From Nymphaea colorata (Eukaryota): a stretch of DNA of 64,000 bases. The position numbers were made by a program, and so were the translations under genes. Below, in pieces: positions 1-12,119 of this stretch. The notes below the pieces were generated by a model. The model was not told the origin of the DNA and made no database searches. It worked only from the letters and a program-made list of their open reading frames with translations. Position 1 is the stretch's first letter. The number at the start of each line of letters is the position of its first letter. The stretch lies in NCBI RefSeq assembly GCF_008831285.2, contig NC_045138.2:41788001-41852000 (forward strand), read 5' to 3'.

Positions 1-4
1 TTAA

Positions 5-370
5 TTTTGTCAAAATGCTTATCGCGTTCTTGTAAACATGATTTCATTTCATTCTACCATAAAATCAATCCTAACATTGCGTTATCGCACAACTTTTTGT
101 CTGATTATCTATCACCTCTATGTAAATGCATTGTTATTTTATTGTCCTGTACAACAATCCTGCCATTTATTGTCATATTTTATTTTGTCTGAGTGCTTAT
201 CACCTCTTAGTAAATGCCCCTTTTTATGTAAAACCAGTCCATACAATGGCGTTCTCGCATTGTTTTTTGTCTGAGTGCTTATTGCCTCCTTCTAAGCACG
301 TTTATTTGTCATTTTATCAAAAAATCAGTCCATACAATGTCCTTATAGATGCCTTTTTATCGTAAACATC
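5..370. repeat. Degenerate ~85-90 bp tandem repeat, about 4 copies, inside the MULE region
   Basis: Unit resembling ttttgtctgagtgcttatcacctcttagtaaatgc recurs near 5, 94, 184 and 265. Confidence 0.7.
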
Positions 371-389
371 TCTGATTCTACATTGTTTA

Positions 390-1250
390 TGTAAATGGTT
401 TTGTTTTCTTCTTCTTCATCTGGTTTGGTCTTCTTAGTGCGGCTTGTGTAGTAATGTACTCCACCAATTCGTCACGTAGCTATTTCGAGATGTGGTATAC
501 TATCCTATAAAAAAGCAGATTCGCTGACATTATAAATTGCTTATGTGTATTTGATAATGAAAACACCGCAATCATGGTAGTTGTTTTGGCAAGGAGCTTC
601 CTTCCTATGGAAAAAGCGCCATTAAATCATGTTGATTCCACATTGACTCTGTAAGAATTCTTTCACGAAACATAAATCATGCAGTACTGGTCAGTGCATT
701 TGCATTGAAATATAGTATAAGCAAGCTTTGTTCTACATGTCGAGAACATATCATACCTAATGATAGCACTCTTCCCGCAAGGTGGAAGCAGAACCACTTC
801 AAACAAGTTTAGCAAAGGATTAGAAAGCATACTTTTAGCATGCAGGAAACCACAACCGAATGGCTTCTAGAGGACTGCACTCTGTAAAGCATGATAGAAG
901 AAAATAAAAAATGTTCCAGTAACAAGCAAGCTATAAATGTATTTCAAAACACTAAACTACTATCATAACAGGACTGAGAATACAACGCTTTTCATTCGCA
1001 ACTCTTCATTGTATTAACTCCATTGCATCGTGCAAAACCTGTGACAAGAAGACAAACTATATAAATGATCCACCTACCATATTACCTAACAGTAGTGTTA
1101 ATGAAATAGTACTTGTGATATTCATAATCCATTCCTTTGGGCTGAGCTCATAGACAATTCACTCTAAATCATCACTAAACAAATTTTGTTTCACCTTCTT
1201 CATTGCCATCACCTTATCAAACGAAGCATTACCGACTGTCTCTCTTGTAT
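390..1250 (-). pseudogene. Ulp1/peptidase C48 (SUMO protease-like) remnant, copy 1, spliced and degenerate
   Basis: Reverse strand of 541-600 reads EAPCQNNYHDCGVFIIKYT*, matching the C48 Q-x-N-x-x-D-C-G-V-F catalytic Cys motif. Upstream exon-like pieces read ELSPKEWIMNI and VLHDAMELIQ*RV. Stops and frameshifts are present. Confidence 0.65.
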
Positions 1251-1645
1251 TTATGAATATAGTCTAAATTGTTTCTACTATGCCACATTTAATGCACCTG
1301 CATGCAATAGCACATATCCCAGTGGTACGTTGCTACTTTTTGTGCTACTGATAAACACACAATAGTGCAAAAGAATGTTGCTCGAACATTGTTCATCATG
1401 TGTTATCGACTGCATTAATTGAATGTAGTTGCAACAATGAACAACTTCATAAAATGCAGTCGAATGGGTGTTAAACAACACGCAATAGTACATATCGCAA
1501 TGGTTCTTCTCCTTTTTGTGCTATTGATGAACATGCGATAGTGCACCCTCTTAGATAAGCAATTGGTACAATCAAAAGAGTGTGACATAAGTGACCAGTA
1601 CTATAATGTATATATATGTAAGAATAATGTTATATATATATATAT

Positions 1646-2533
1646 GTAAGAATAATGCTATCTAAGCTCTAATGTATCCATGTGGATGTCATTGATATAG
1701 TACAACGTAAGTATCATTATCTCTTATCGAATGTGCACATATGGTTACTATGTAGATCTATATGTATGGGCAATATTATTGCCTCTCAAATGTGAACATA
1801 TGCTTGCTATGGATATACATGTCCATTTGGCTATCATGTATCGATACATAAGAATAAGATTATCTAAGCTCTAATATATCCATATGGTTGTCATTGACAT
1901 AGTGTAACATAAGCACCATTATCTCTGATCGAATGTGCACATATGGTTGCCATGTAGATATATGTGTATGCGCAGTATTATCACTGCTCAAATGTGAACA
2001 TATGCTTGTTATAGATATACATGTTCATTTGGTTGTCATCTATCGATACGTAAGAATTATGTTATCTAAGCTCTAATGTATCCATATAGTTGTCAAGGAT
2101 ATGGTGTAACATATGCACCGTTATCTCTGATCGAATGTACACATATGGTTATCATGTAGTATTATCGCTACTCAAATGTGACATATGCTTGCTATAGGTA
2201 TGCATGTCCATTTAGTTGTCATGCATTGATACATAAGAATTATGTTGCCTAAGCTCTAATGTATCCATATGGTTGTCAATAATATAGTGTAACATAAGCA
2301 CCATTATCTCTAATCGAATATGCACATATGGTTATCATGTAGATATATATGTACGAGTAGTATCGCCGCTGCTCAAACATGAACATATGCTTGCTATAGA
2401 TGTACATATCCATTTGGTTGTCATGCATTGATACGTAAGAATTATGTTATCTAAGCTCTAATGTATCCATATGGTTGTCAATGATATGATGTAACATAAG
2501 CATTGTTATTGCTCATCGAATATGCACACATGG

Positions 2534-2582
<49 letters not shown>

Positions 2583-2915
2583 GTTCATTTGGTGGTCATG
2601 TATCAAAACATAAGAATTATATTATCTAAACTCTAATGTATCCATATGGTTGTCAATGATATGGTGTAACATACGCACTGCTATCTCTTATTGAATATGC
2701 ACATACGGCTATCATGTAGATATATATGTATGAGCAGTATCATTGCTGCTCAAACATGAACATATGCTTGCCATAGATATACATGTCCATTTGGTTGTCT
2801 TGTATTGATACGTAAGAATTACGTTATCTAAGCTCTAATGTGAACATATGGTTGTCAATGACATGGTGTAAGATGAGTACTGTTATCTCTGATTGAATGT
2901 GCACATATGGTTACC

Positions 2916-2959
<44 letters not shown>

Positions 2960-3069
2960 GTGTGTGTATATATATATATAGTAACCATATGTGCACATTC
3001 AATCAGAGATAACAGTACACATCTTAATGAGTACTGTTATCTCTGATTGAATGTGCACATATGGTTACC

Positions 3070-3118
<49 letters not shown>

Positions 3119-3120
3119 TA
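1646..3120. repeat. ~200-bp tandem array, about 7 units, interspersed with (TA)n tracts
   Basis: Unit start taagaat(t/a)atgttatctaagctctaatgtatccatatggttgtc recurs near 1646, 1848, 2050, 2233, 2435, 2611 and 2812. Confidence 0.92.
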
Positions 3121-3199
3121 GTATTATCGCTTTATAGACCTACACCTACACCTACACAATGCTATATAATCATGTGGCGATGAGAATGAGAACAAGGTG

Positions 3200-4552
3200 G
3201 TTTACAAAAATTTTGAAAATAAATGGATGTTTCTCATAAAGGTGGTATCCCAAAGAACATGCGATCTAATGTACAAAATAGGTGGGAACGATCTTTTCAG
3301 TGTGGCTTCCCATAATAAAAGAGGTGGTTTCAAATAGATTAGGGCAGGAAGGAAGATTGTCTCAATCAAGAATGAAAGAGAGACTCCATGACTAGGGAGA
3401 AAAAGACCATCGATGCCAAAAATTTGCCTGGCTTTACAATAACGAGGACATGTTCTGCTAGAAAACCAACTGACAAGTCCAGTAAACCAGCCAGTGATGC
3501 AGTGAACTAGTTGCCGAATCCGGCAAAACAGCCTGCGACTCCAGAAAATAGGCTGCGATTTCAATGATGACATGTTCGGCCAAAAAACCAGTTGGCAAGT
3601 CCAGCAAATCAGCTAGCCACTCCAACAAACCAGTAGGTGACTCCAGTGAATTGGCTGGCATTTCAACCAGGACGTGTTCCAGATGACTTGGGGACAATCT
3701 ACTTTAACTTTACATGGAAGACTTCCTCATTCACATTTAAGTAAACAATATTAGTTTGAATTATTTTGTTGACCTTTTAAAGTGTAGGCGTCAGAATCTA
3801 GGCCTTGGAACGTATCCTATAAGGGCAGATTTCATGTTATGTATCCTTTATCTTGGTAAATTCCATTGCATAACCTTCAAATTGCAAAAAAGATTGATCA
3901 TACTAACAGATGTATAATAGCTTGCAATGTCGTATCATTTGACAGATGATACTACGGCCTTGATGACAAATGCCATAGAAAATGTTTCAGGAATTAAGGC
4001 ACAGACCATTGCTGAAGTTGAAAAGGTTGTTCACCTTTATGTAATTTCCTAACTTTCTTGCTCTTGTTTTCCCTACTCTTATTGCTCTCTAACGCCCAAA
4101 TGTTTTAGGATTTCTATTTCTTTATTTGTGGGTGGAAAGGCACATTGGGTGTTGTACGTCCTCCACAGTGTGAAAAAAAGAAGTGTGGATATATGATACA
4201 TGCATAGTCTATGACGACTACCAAATTGCAGAAGACCTCTACAAACTAGTACCAAATTTAACCTTAATTGTTATTAAGATAACTTCTATTTCTTATTTAA
4301 GAAGTTTTGGTTCTTTTGTAGAAATATTTCTTCAGACATGTCCTCGACATCAAAATGGTGGATTACTACAAACTTTTACTAGTAAAATGTCCACGGCAAA
4401 GAAACAACTTTGACTATGGTGTGTTTGTGATGAAATATATGCAAGAGATAATGTCTGGAAGATAACCTAGCTTCATCCAATCTGATGTTACCAATAGCAT
4501 TAGAATGTCATATGGAAACTTGCTTGAAATAAGTAGACAAGCTGAAATTTGA
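3200..4552 (+). pseudogene. Ulp1/peptidase C48 remnant, copy 2, spliced and degenerate
   Basis: An exon ending ...IAEVEK|gt, an intron at ~4026-4108, then ISISLFVGGKAHWVLYVLHSVKK-EVWIYD (His-Trp motif) and KCPRQRNNFDYGVFVMKYMQEI, where Tyr replaces the DCG Cys. The N-terminal part is low-complexity. Confidence 0.75.
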
Positions 4553-5299
4553 ATAATATCATCTTCTTTGTAAATGCGTGAAATCAAGAGAAATTATGAT
4601 CGCATGACATTATCTCCCATCGCTTTGTTTACTTATCATAATATTGGTAAATGTGTTGTTATCTCATTTTCTTGTCTTTGTATGCGTTATGACCTAGTAT
4701 GAGTTATGTGAGCCGTTATCGTCTTATTTGTAAATGCGTTGTTAGCAGTATTCTCTCATTATGGTAGACTCGTTGTTATCTTATTATTTTGTAACCATTC
4801 CTTTTGTTACATGATTGTATTACTTCGTCTCCATTTACTTATCATCATTTTGGTAGATGCAGCTGTTATCTCAATCTCTTATCTCTATATGTCTTTACGC
4901 ATTCTTTATAGACACATTATTATCTCTCTCTCATTATGGTAGACTCATTGTTATCTCATTATTTCTTAACCATTCCTTTTGTTTCGTGATCGTATTACTT
5001 CATCTCTATTGATTTATTGTCTTCTTGCCAGACATATTGTCATCTCATTCTTTCGTCATTGTGTGCCTTGACATATCTATTCTGGCCCTTTCTATCGTTA
5101 TCATTAATTTGTCTACGTTTACTTATTACCTTCTTCGTAAATGCGTTGCTGCTTTGGGGTAGCTTTTAATTACCGCCTTGTTATTACAACATACAGTTGA
5201 AAAGTTGTCTATGGCTATGTTCGTCAATAGAGTCAATTATTCATCAGGTTGGTCGTTTCTTGCTGTTAGGTCTACAACATACGTTAGTATTTTGCACAG

Positions 5300-7200
5300 A
5301 TGCTGGTAGCATGTTATCTCCAACTTTGCATTTTTGGTCCATCTGCCTAGGAAGTATCTATCTGGCAATTCCTGAATGTTCTCTCAATCAAGAGTCTTTT
5401 GAACATGGCAACACTAAACACTTTTAAATTCAAATTTCTCACAAGAATATTCGACATCACCTGTTTCACTTTCGTAGGTGACAAGCACATTATTGATCTT
5501 AGCCAAATCTCTCTCCCTTTTTATCACAAGATACATGTGGCAACTTGATTTTGTGCATGTAATTTTATTTCACAGTTAGTTGCTTGAATTGTCTCTTCCT
5601 TAAACCATTTAGATGCAATTGGTGTGTACACACTAATGCTTGAACAAGGACATTCATACCCAGACTTTGAGGCCAACATACAAATGTTTTAATGTCTTCT
5701 TCAAGCTCATATCCCCTAAGACTATCCAAAAAATTTTCGTAGTGTTTCATGAATCGAGATATTTGTAAGCAAGAGTATAATACCCTTTCCAGCACAACAT
5801 GCATGTTTTCTACTCTGTGTGTGCGTGTTTATCATGTCTACACAAAAGTATTGTCTTCCATATGCCCACACCCACTTTTCTTTGTCCTTATATAATTTTT
5901 GAAGTCACCTATTTTCTTGTAGGTTATATGATTCAATTATTTGTGTTCATATACATTCAAATGTCTCACCATTTTTGCACTTAAGGTCACAATTGCAAAA
6001 CACTCCTTAAAGCTAGTCATCTGATTCATCAAATGGCTTATGTTTTTTTCTATATTTTAGAATATATGCTACAAACACAAAAGATGATGTGCCTCTGGTC
6101 ATTCGAGAGACACTGCTGCTGCTATTGCGCTGTTACCATCTGTCGGTATAACTTTGGGGTGATTTTTGTTCATGGCCTCAGGGAATACCTTGAATAACCA
6201 CTCAAATGTCTCAGTAGTCTGATCAAAGTAGAATGCACTGCTGAAAATGCAACTTTTCGAGTAATGGTTCGCCCTTACAAATTGACCAAAGGGCTAGCCA
6301 TGGGTATTGACCTTCACAAATAAGTCATAAATAAGCACATCATTGAAGCATTCATAGTCTAACCTAGACCTCGAGTCTGCCCATAAATATTTGTAGCATA
6401 ACCATCATTGTCCATCTGAATGGCGCTGTAGAAACCTGTCTTTTCTTAATTTTTTCTAAATGGATTCGACCAATGTCATAATTTCTCCTTCTTTTAACAA
6501 TTCTATCCTCCATCTCCTCAAATGTTTTCTATGATCCATGCATGTGAACAAAACATTCTCATGACCACCACCTTCTACTTTAACAAACAGGTTATATGCC
6601 TTCCTTGGCAGTATACCTGCACCATCAGATAGCTCATTTATTTCAGCATGTGATGATGATAATTTGTGATGTGACCTCAACATTTGACTCATGCAGGAAG
6701 GTGCCAATGGATGGTTGTGTTTACTGTACGCAAATATAATACTTTCTATTTGGACGCCTTCCTAGCTCCAAATTGATAGCATAATTGCACCTTCTATCAA
6801 TCGTGTGCATGGTTACACATAGAACTGATCATCATTCCTTCGAACAAACATTTGACCTTCCCACAACCAGGTCTTGTGCGTTTCTTTCCGTCCTACCCTT
6901 CCTTACACCGATGGGAAAAAGCCTAACAATTGTAGAAGTTGTATGCTATGTCCTCTGTCTCGAACTCCATTCCTATAGCAGGAAACTCCATTCCTACAAC
7001 AGAAGCACATTCTTTGAGACCCTCCACCTCGAACTCCATTTATAAAGTAGGAAAATTCATTCCTACAACAGAAGCATGTTCAACAGTATCATCCATCTCG
7101 AATTCCATTCCTACAAAAGGAGCACGCTCTTTGGGATTCTTCATTTTCTCATAGAGGGACTCAATCACTTGTTCATCATCATCCAATGATGTAGACATGT
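5300..7200 (-). pseudogene. FAR1/FRS-type MULE (Mutator) transposase remnant
   Basis: FAR1 DNA-binding domain (GMEFETEDIAYNFYN), LRSHHKL...GILPRK linker, MULE core (DQTTETFEWLFKVFPEAMNKNHPKVIPTD), YENFLDSLRGYELEED, and SWIM-like end (SCEKFEF...CCH...LPDRYFLGRWTKNAK). Many stops and frameshifts. Confidence 0.9.
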
Positions 7201-8384
7201 TAAACATTGTTCCATCTACAAAACATTGTGCCATCCGCAATGCATGAAGTCTATCGATCAAATAACAATTTAACATTATTCATGAATTATTTATTTTATG
7301 GATAAATTCCTTCCATCAAATAGCATTTAACATTATCTTACCATAAAATCTGTCGAATCTCACTATCCCTTGTACAAGCGTTGTTATCTCTTTCTCTCGA
7401 TACCATTCCTGCCCTTCTTGGTAGATTCTTATCTCATTATTTTGTAACCATTCCTTTCATTACGTGATCACATTATTTTGTCTCCAATTACTTATCATCT
7501 ACTTTGTACATGTGTCTTCTCTTATTTCATCAATCAATAATGAAAGGAATGGTTACAAAATAATGAAATAAACTGGGATGCATACACTTATCCCCTAAAT
7601 TTGTTATCTCATTAATTCGCTATGCCACAAATTTGTTATCTTAGGCATACTATCTCAAACAAGTTATAGCGTAACATTATCTACCACATGAACTGGGATA
7701 CACCCGTTATTTCATCTGTAAGATTCATATGACATCATGCCTATTGCATCAACATTTTCTTCCTTTTTCATCTCTACCATCACCTTGGCCTTCAGTTCCT
7801 CAAGAAATGCTTGTTCAATTTTTTTGAATGTCCAACTGTCGGAAAAAGTCCTATAGATGTCATTGCCTTTGTCATTTAATGTTCACGAACAAAAAAACCA
7901 CAATGACATTGTTGTGAACTCACCATCCTTTCCTTCTATTATCATTCCCACCATTTCTATTTCAAGGCCAAGTTTTCTCCACTGGCAACCTCTGCTCTTC
8001 TTTCTTCCTTCAGCTGGAAACTCTCCCTCCTTTTTTCTTCTTCCTGTCCATTTTTTTTTCCGTGAAGAAATGCAACGTGAAGGAACGCAGGTTAAGTACG
8101 TATGTTGTGTGCTTTACATATACACATGTACCTTTTCTGACACAAATATCATTACTGGAACTTTACATATACGTAGGAGGATCCACCTTATAAGGACATT
8201 CAATTAAATATGGACATATACCTTTTTATTCACAAAGGTCAATAATGGAACTTTACATATACATAGAAGGGTCCACCCCTATCATACACTCGGTGCGTAC
8301 ATGGGTGGTGCATAGAACTCTCTCTCTTCTTATTGATCCAGATATTCCCAAAAAATGGATAAAGTTAAAAAAGATGACCCGACC

Positions 8385-9082
8385 TCACTTCTCTCTGTTT
8401 TTCTTGGGAGGAACAAGGGTTTCCGCATCTAGCCATCTCCAACATTCCAATCGGTATTAGACTTCATCCAGCCAGCTCCAGTGACTATTGATGCATTTCA
8501 GAAATAGCTGGGCAGTGAACGGTGCAAAATGGCTTGTGAAATAAATCCAAAGCTGAAAACAAAGAAAACTACAAGAAGGGAGATCCTAGTGGTCTCATCG
8601 GAAAAATCCAGTAGGTAAGTTTCTTAAAAGCATGAGTATAATCAAGGGTTCTGAACTTACCTTTGGTTCTTGCTACAATAGTGGATTGAAAATATCTGCT
8701 CGGTCTTGCCCTTTTGGATAATCAAATCTCTAGAGGTCCTTAAGAGTTTCGGCTGCTCAGTTACGTCCTTGACTGCAAAATCCTGCACCTCCTCATGGAG
8801 ATTAACATCGAAATAATTGTCAAGCCCCATGATGGCTGATTCCTAGAAGGCCTAGGAGAATGTGATTGTCACACCTGATTTATCCCGTCATGTGAGAAAA
8901 GGAAATAGTTCATTGGTGCCATAACAAAATGGATAAATTTTTGTATGTGGCAAAACGTCAGGCCTGTTATGTCCGACATTTTTCCATGGACAAACATCTA
9001 TACCCTCACCCTTGAGAATGTGGGTGCTTCACATGTGATGGGCTGCGGATCTGGCTATCTATTAAGGGCATTGATCTGCTGT
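8385..9082 (-). pseudogene. Two exon-like remnants of an unidentified host gene
   Basis: Minus-strand ag|gtaagt donor near 8659, tttcag acceptor near 8552 and a gt donor near 8384. Joined frame reads ...KGKTEQIFSIHYCSKNQSFGFISQAILHRSLPSYF*...KPLFLPRKTERSE with stops. No family recognised. Confidence 0.3.
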
Positions 9083-10099
9083 CTACAATAAATTCCATGC
9101 TCATCAAACACTCCCTTAGGGTAGGGGTTCATGAGAGACCATATAACAAAAAGGTAGACACAATAGACAATGTTTGGCATTTTTTATTTTGTACAAGGCA
9201 GATTAAGGAAAAAATAAGCTGGCTTTGGGGCTGAGATAGTAACGTAATAGGATAGAGATGGCTACAAAAAGGATGTTCTCAAAAGGAGCTGATATTAGTA
9301 TGCAAGAAAGGAAGCTACAAGCTATTCATGTGTTGAAATTAAACCCTGCCATAGACAACATTGGCTTGTTAAATCTTGATTTAGCGTGGCTCAACAACTT
9401 TAGGAATTTCTCCAACTTTTAGAAATGTTTTGTATGTTTGACTGCTGTTGAAGCCTTTTTTGCCTTTTTATTTTTCCTTTTGTATAGCTTCGTGTATATC
9501 TTCATTTTTGTTAATGATAAAGGAGAGAGCCCTCTCTCCCAACAAAGTCACGCCAAAAGTCTAATAAAAACATATTATACATTCATTTACTTAGATAAAA
9601 TATATTCACATGAAAATTAATCTAAATAATGAATCCAACACATAATTTTACTAACAATTTGATAGGAAACCCTGTTGGATTTTGTGATTCTTCAGCTAGA
9701 AGAACCAGGCTGGGGATAGGGAGCTTTTATAAGATACAAGAAGTGGCAGTTTTGTTTGTTCTTATACTGCAAATTTTAACTTGAAAAATCATAAGAACTA
9801 AACAAAAAATGAACAAACAAACTTTAATAAATCCCAAATTAGCCAGATTAACTCTAAGTTATGGTCAGGAGTATCAAATAACTGTTTGGTTTATAGGAAA
9901 AAAAATCACAACACTATTAGGTGGAAGGTGGAAGAAGGAGAATAAGAAGGAGTGTAATACACAAAAAAAGTTTTACCATGGGTTTGTATATAGTCACCTT
10001 CATCCACTAGAACTCACTCACTTTCAATCAACATTCAACAAGATTGGTGTTTTAATTTATTTGATGATGATACACATTGCAACACACACATTCAGAGTG

Positions 10100-10950
10100 A
10101 ATGAAATTTCTTTATGGATTACAAATCCAAATCCATAGTTTCTTTAAGATATAGAAAGGTCTTCTTGACATACTGCCATTGCTCAACATGCTGCTCATGC
10201 ATGAATTGACATACTCTATTTACTGCATAGACAGTATTAGTCTTGGTGAATGTGGCATACTGAAATGCTCCAACAATGTTGTAGTATCTTTGATGATCAA
10301 TCATTTTCTTTTTCGTGAGTGAGACATATACACCTCATTGAGATCGATCTCCATGGATGAAAGCATTGTTCATGTCTAAATGTGGAACTTGCCATCTCCT
10401 GCTAATAGCTATTGAGAGAATCAGCCAATCCATAGGTTGCTTGACTTCTAGTGAGTAAGTTTCAATGTAATCTATTCATTCATTCTTACAGAAACCCTTA
10501 GCAACAAGGTGGAACTTGTACATGGTAACTGATCCATTTGAAATGCCAATTTATATTGAAGACCTATTTGCAACCAATAATGGCAAGGTTTGGTGAAACA
10601 AGGGACCAATTCCTGTTCCTATTTAGTACCAACATTTCCTCTATCATGGCTTAATTCAGCACAGGAGCAATGAGTTTCTTTTGGTAGTTTGAGTTTCATT
10701 GCATGAGATAATACCTAGTAGAACTGTCAATTGCAACTCAATGTGGCATATGTTCATATCTTTGAAGATCCTTTACCCTTGTGTAGTGAAATTGGCCCAA
10801 TTCTCAATTTCTTCAGAAGTGACAATCTTCTTATCAGCAAATAATTTTTTTTTCATAACATATCTAATGTCGCGACATAAAACACTTTTGAGAGACCAGA
10901 TCAAAGCACACATAACCTTTATGGTTAACACCACAGCTAGTAAAGACACA
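10100..10950 (-). mobile_element. Ty1/Copia RT fragment, degenerate
   Basis: YYNIVGAFQYATFTKTNTVYAVNRVCQFMH and AMIEEML...WSLV...IIGCK*VF...GSVTMYKFHLVAKGF motifs. Confidence 0.8.
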
Positions 10951-11329
10951 TGCTTACAATTTTTGGTTCAACCTTATGTTTCCAAATATGGAGTAAGGAG
11001 AGGAAAACTGTAACAACTCCACCCACTCTTGGGCTTGGTTCCCTGGTTTGGCGAATCCCAACCCGTCCCCTTGTAGTTTCGGTTCCAACAGCAAAAAGGC
11101 TAGGAACCAAGACAATCATCTCATTAATGACCTCCTTTTATAAGCCCTTGAAGATCTCTCACAATCTTCAATACGGGACTAAACTTTTGGGGCATTACAC
11201 TATTGACATAAAGCAAGAAAATCAATCTCGTGGAGTTTTTTAGTTCTACGGGTACCTGCTATTATATCCCAAAAGCTTTTTCTGCCATGGTTTTTGATAA
11301 AACGTCAAAGTCCTCATTGGATTCTAGAT

Positions 11330-11660
11330 ATAAGGGCAACTCATAATGTCATGGCAGAAGCTCGAAGCTTGTTAACAAGTAGGGTATGACCAGTATGAGG
11401 GCCTTGTCATCAGCAATGGAGAGCAAATGTACATAGCTAACATCGATAAAACAATTCTTATTGATGACTGGTCTATTTTATAAGCTAAACAATGTGTTAC
11501 ATGTTATTAAGTGGGCCCAAAATTTCATTTTAGTTTTTTAGTTTGCTAAAGATAATTAGTGTTAGTTTATGTTAGATCATCAGTGTCTTTTGTTAAGGGT
11601 CATGCGACAGGCAATATTTTACTTGGGTCCTTTTTAGGAAGGATTATTTCCAATGTCGAT
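11330..11660 (+). mobile_element. Ty1/Copia protease-region fragment
   Basis: Frameshifted translation LVISNGEQMYIANI...KLNNVLHV...FAKDN...VKGHATGNILL...GLF resembles the region downstream of the Copia protease site. Confidence 0.55.
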
Positions 11661-12119
11661 CGTGAAACCAATACTAGTCCAAGATCCAAAATAGATCCCT
11701 AGATTCAAATCACATACAAAATGGATCCATATCCAAATCCAAATTCTAAAACTGGATCCACAACAAAACTTTAGATGTAGACTTTAAACCAAATATCAAT
11801 TCTGGACTCATTTGATCTCAATTTGTACCTTCATATCAATACAGACCCGATCCAAACCCAAGATCCAAAGTCTAGATCCATATCCTTATTCAGTTCCAAA
11901 TTCTTGATCTAGATCCAAATTTAGATCCAATTCTAGGTTTATACCTTAATCCAAATCTAAATCTGAGATTCAAAACCAAATATGAGTTTTGAATCAAAAT
12001 TCAAAATCCAAATCCATATATATTATTTTTGATCCATTCTAAGCTTGTGGTCCACATCCAGCCCCAAAGTTGAAGGCTAGATCCAATTTCGGGTCCAAAT
12101 ACAAGTCATGGGTCATTCT

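Larger units (their letters stand above)
1..8322 (-). mobile_element. Large MULE remnant (FAR1-type transposase, two Ulp1 remnants, internal repeats); left end lies outside the window
   Basis: Co-located transposase and Ulp1 remnants. The same repeat family occurs at 4759, 4933 and 7420. Subterminal ctttacatatac repeats at 8112, 8161 and 8251. Candidate terminus reads GAGAGTTCTATGCACC on the minus strand ending at 8322. The partner TIR and TSD are not visible. Confidence 0.6.

Noticed and set aside
1646..3120. Regularly spaced repeats as a possible CRISPR-like array
   Set aside because: Whole units are homologous with no unique spacers, the context is eukaryotic, and no cas genes are present.
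5300..7200. Domesticated FAR1/FRS host transcription factor
   Set aside because: Multiple stops and frameshifts, and it sits among Ulp1 cargo and repeats, so it is a transposon relic.
11680..12110. gatcca/aatcca-rich repeat block as a defined element
   Set aside because: It resembles DNA-transposon subterminal repeats, but no TIR or TSD could be located.
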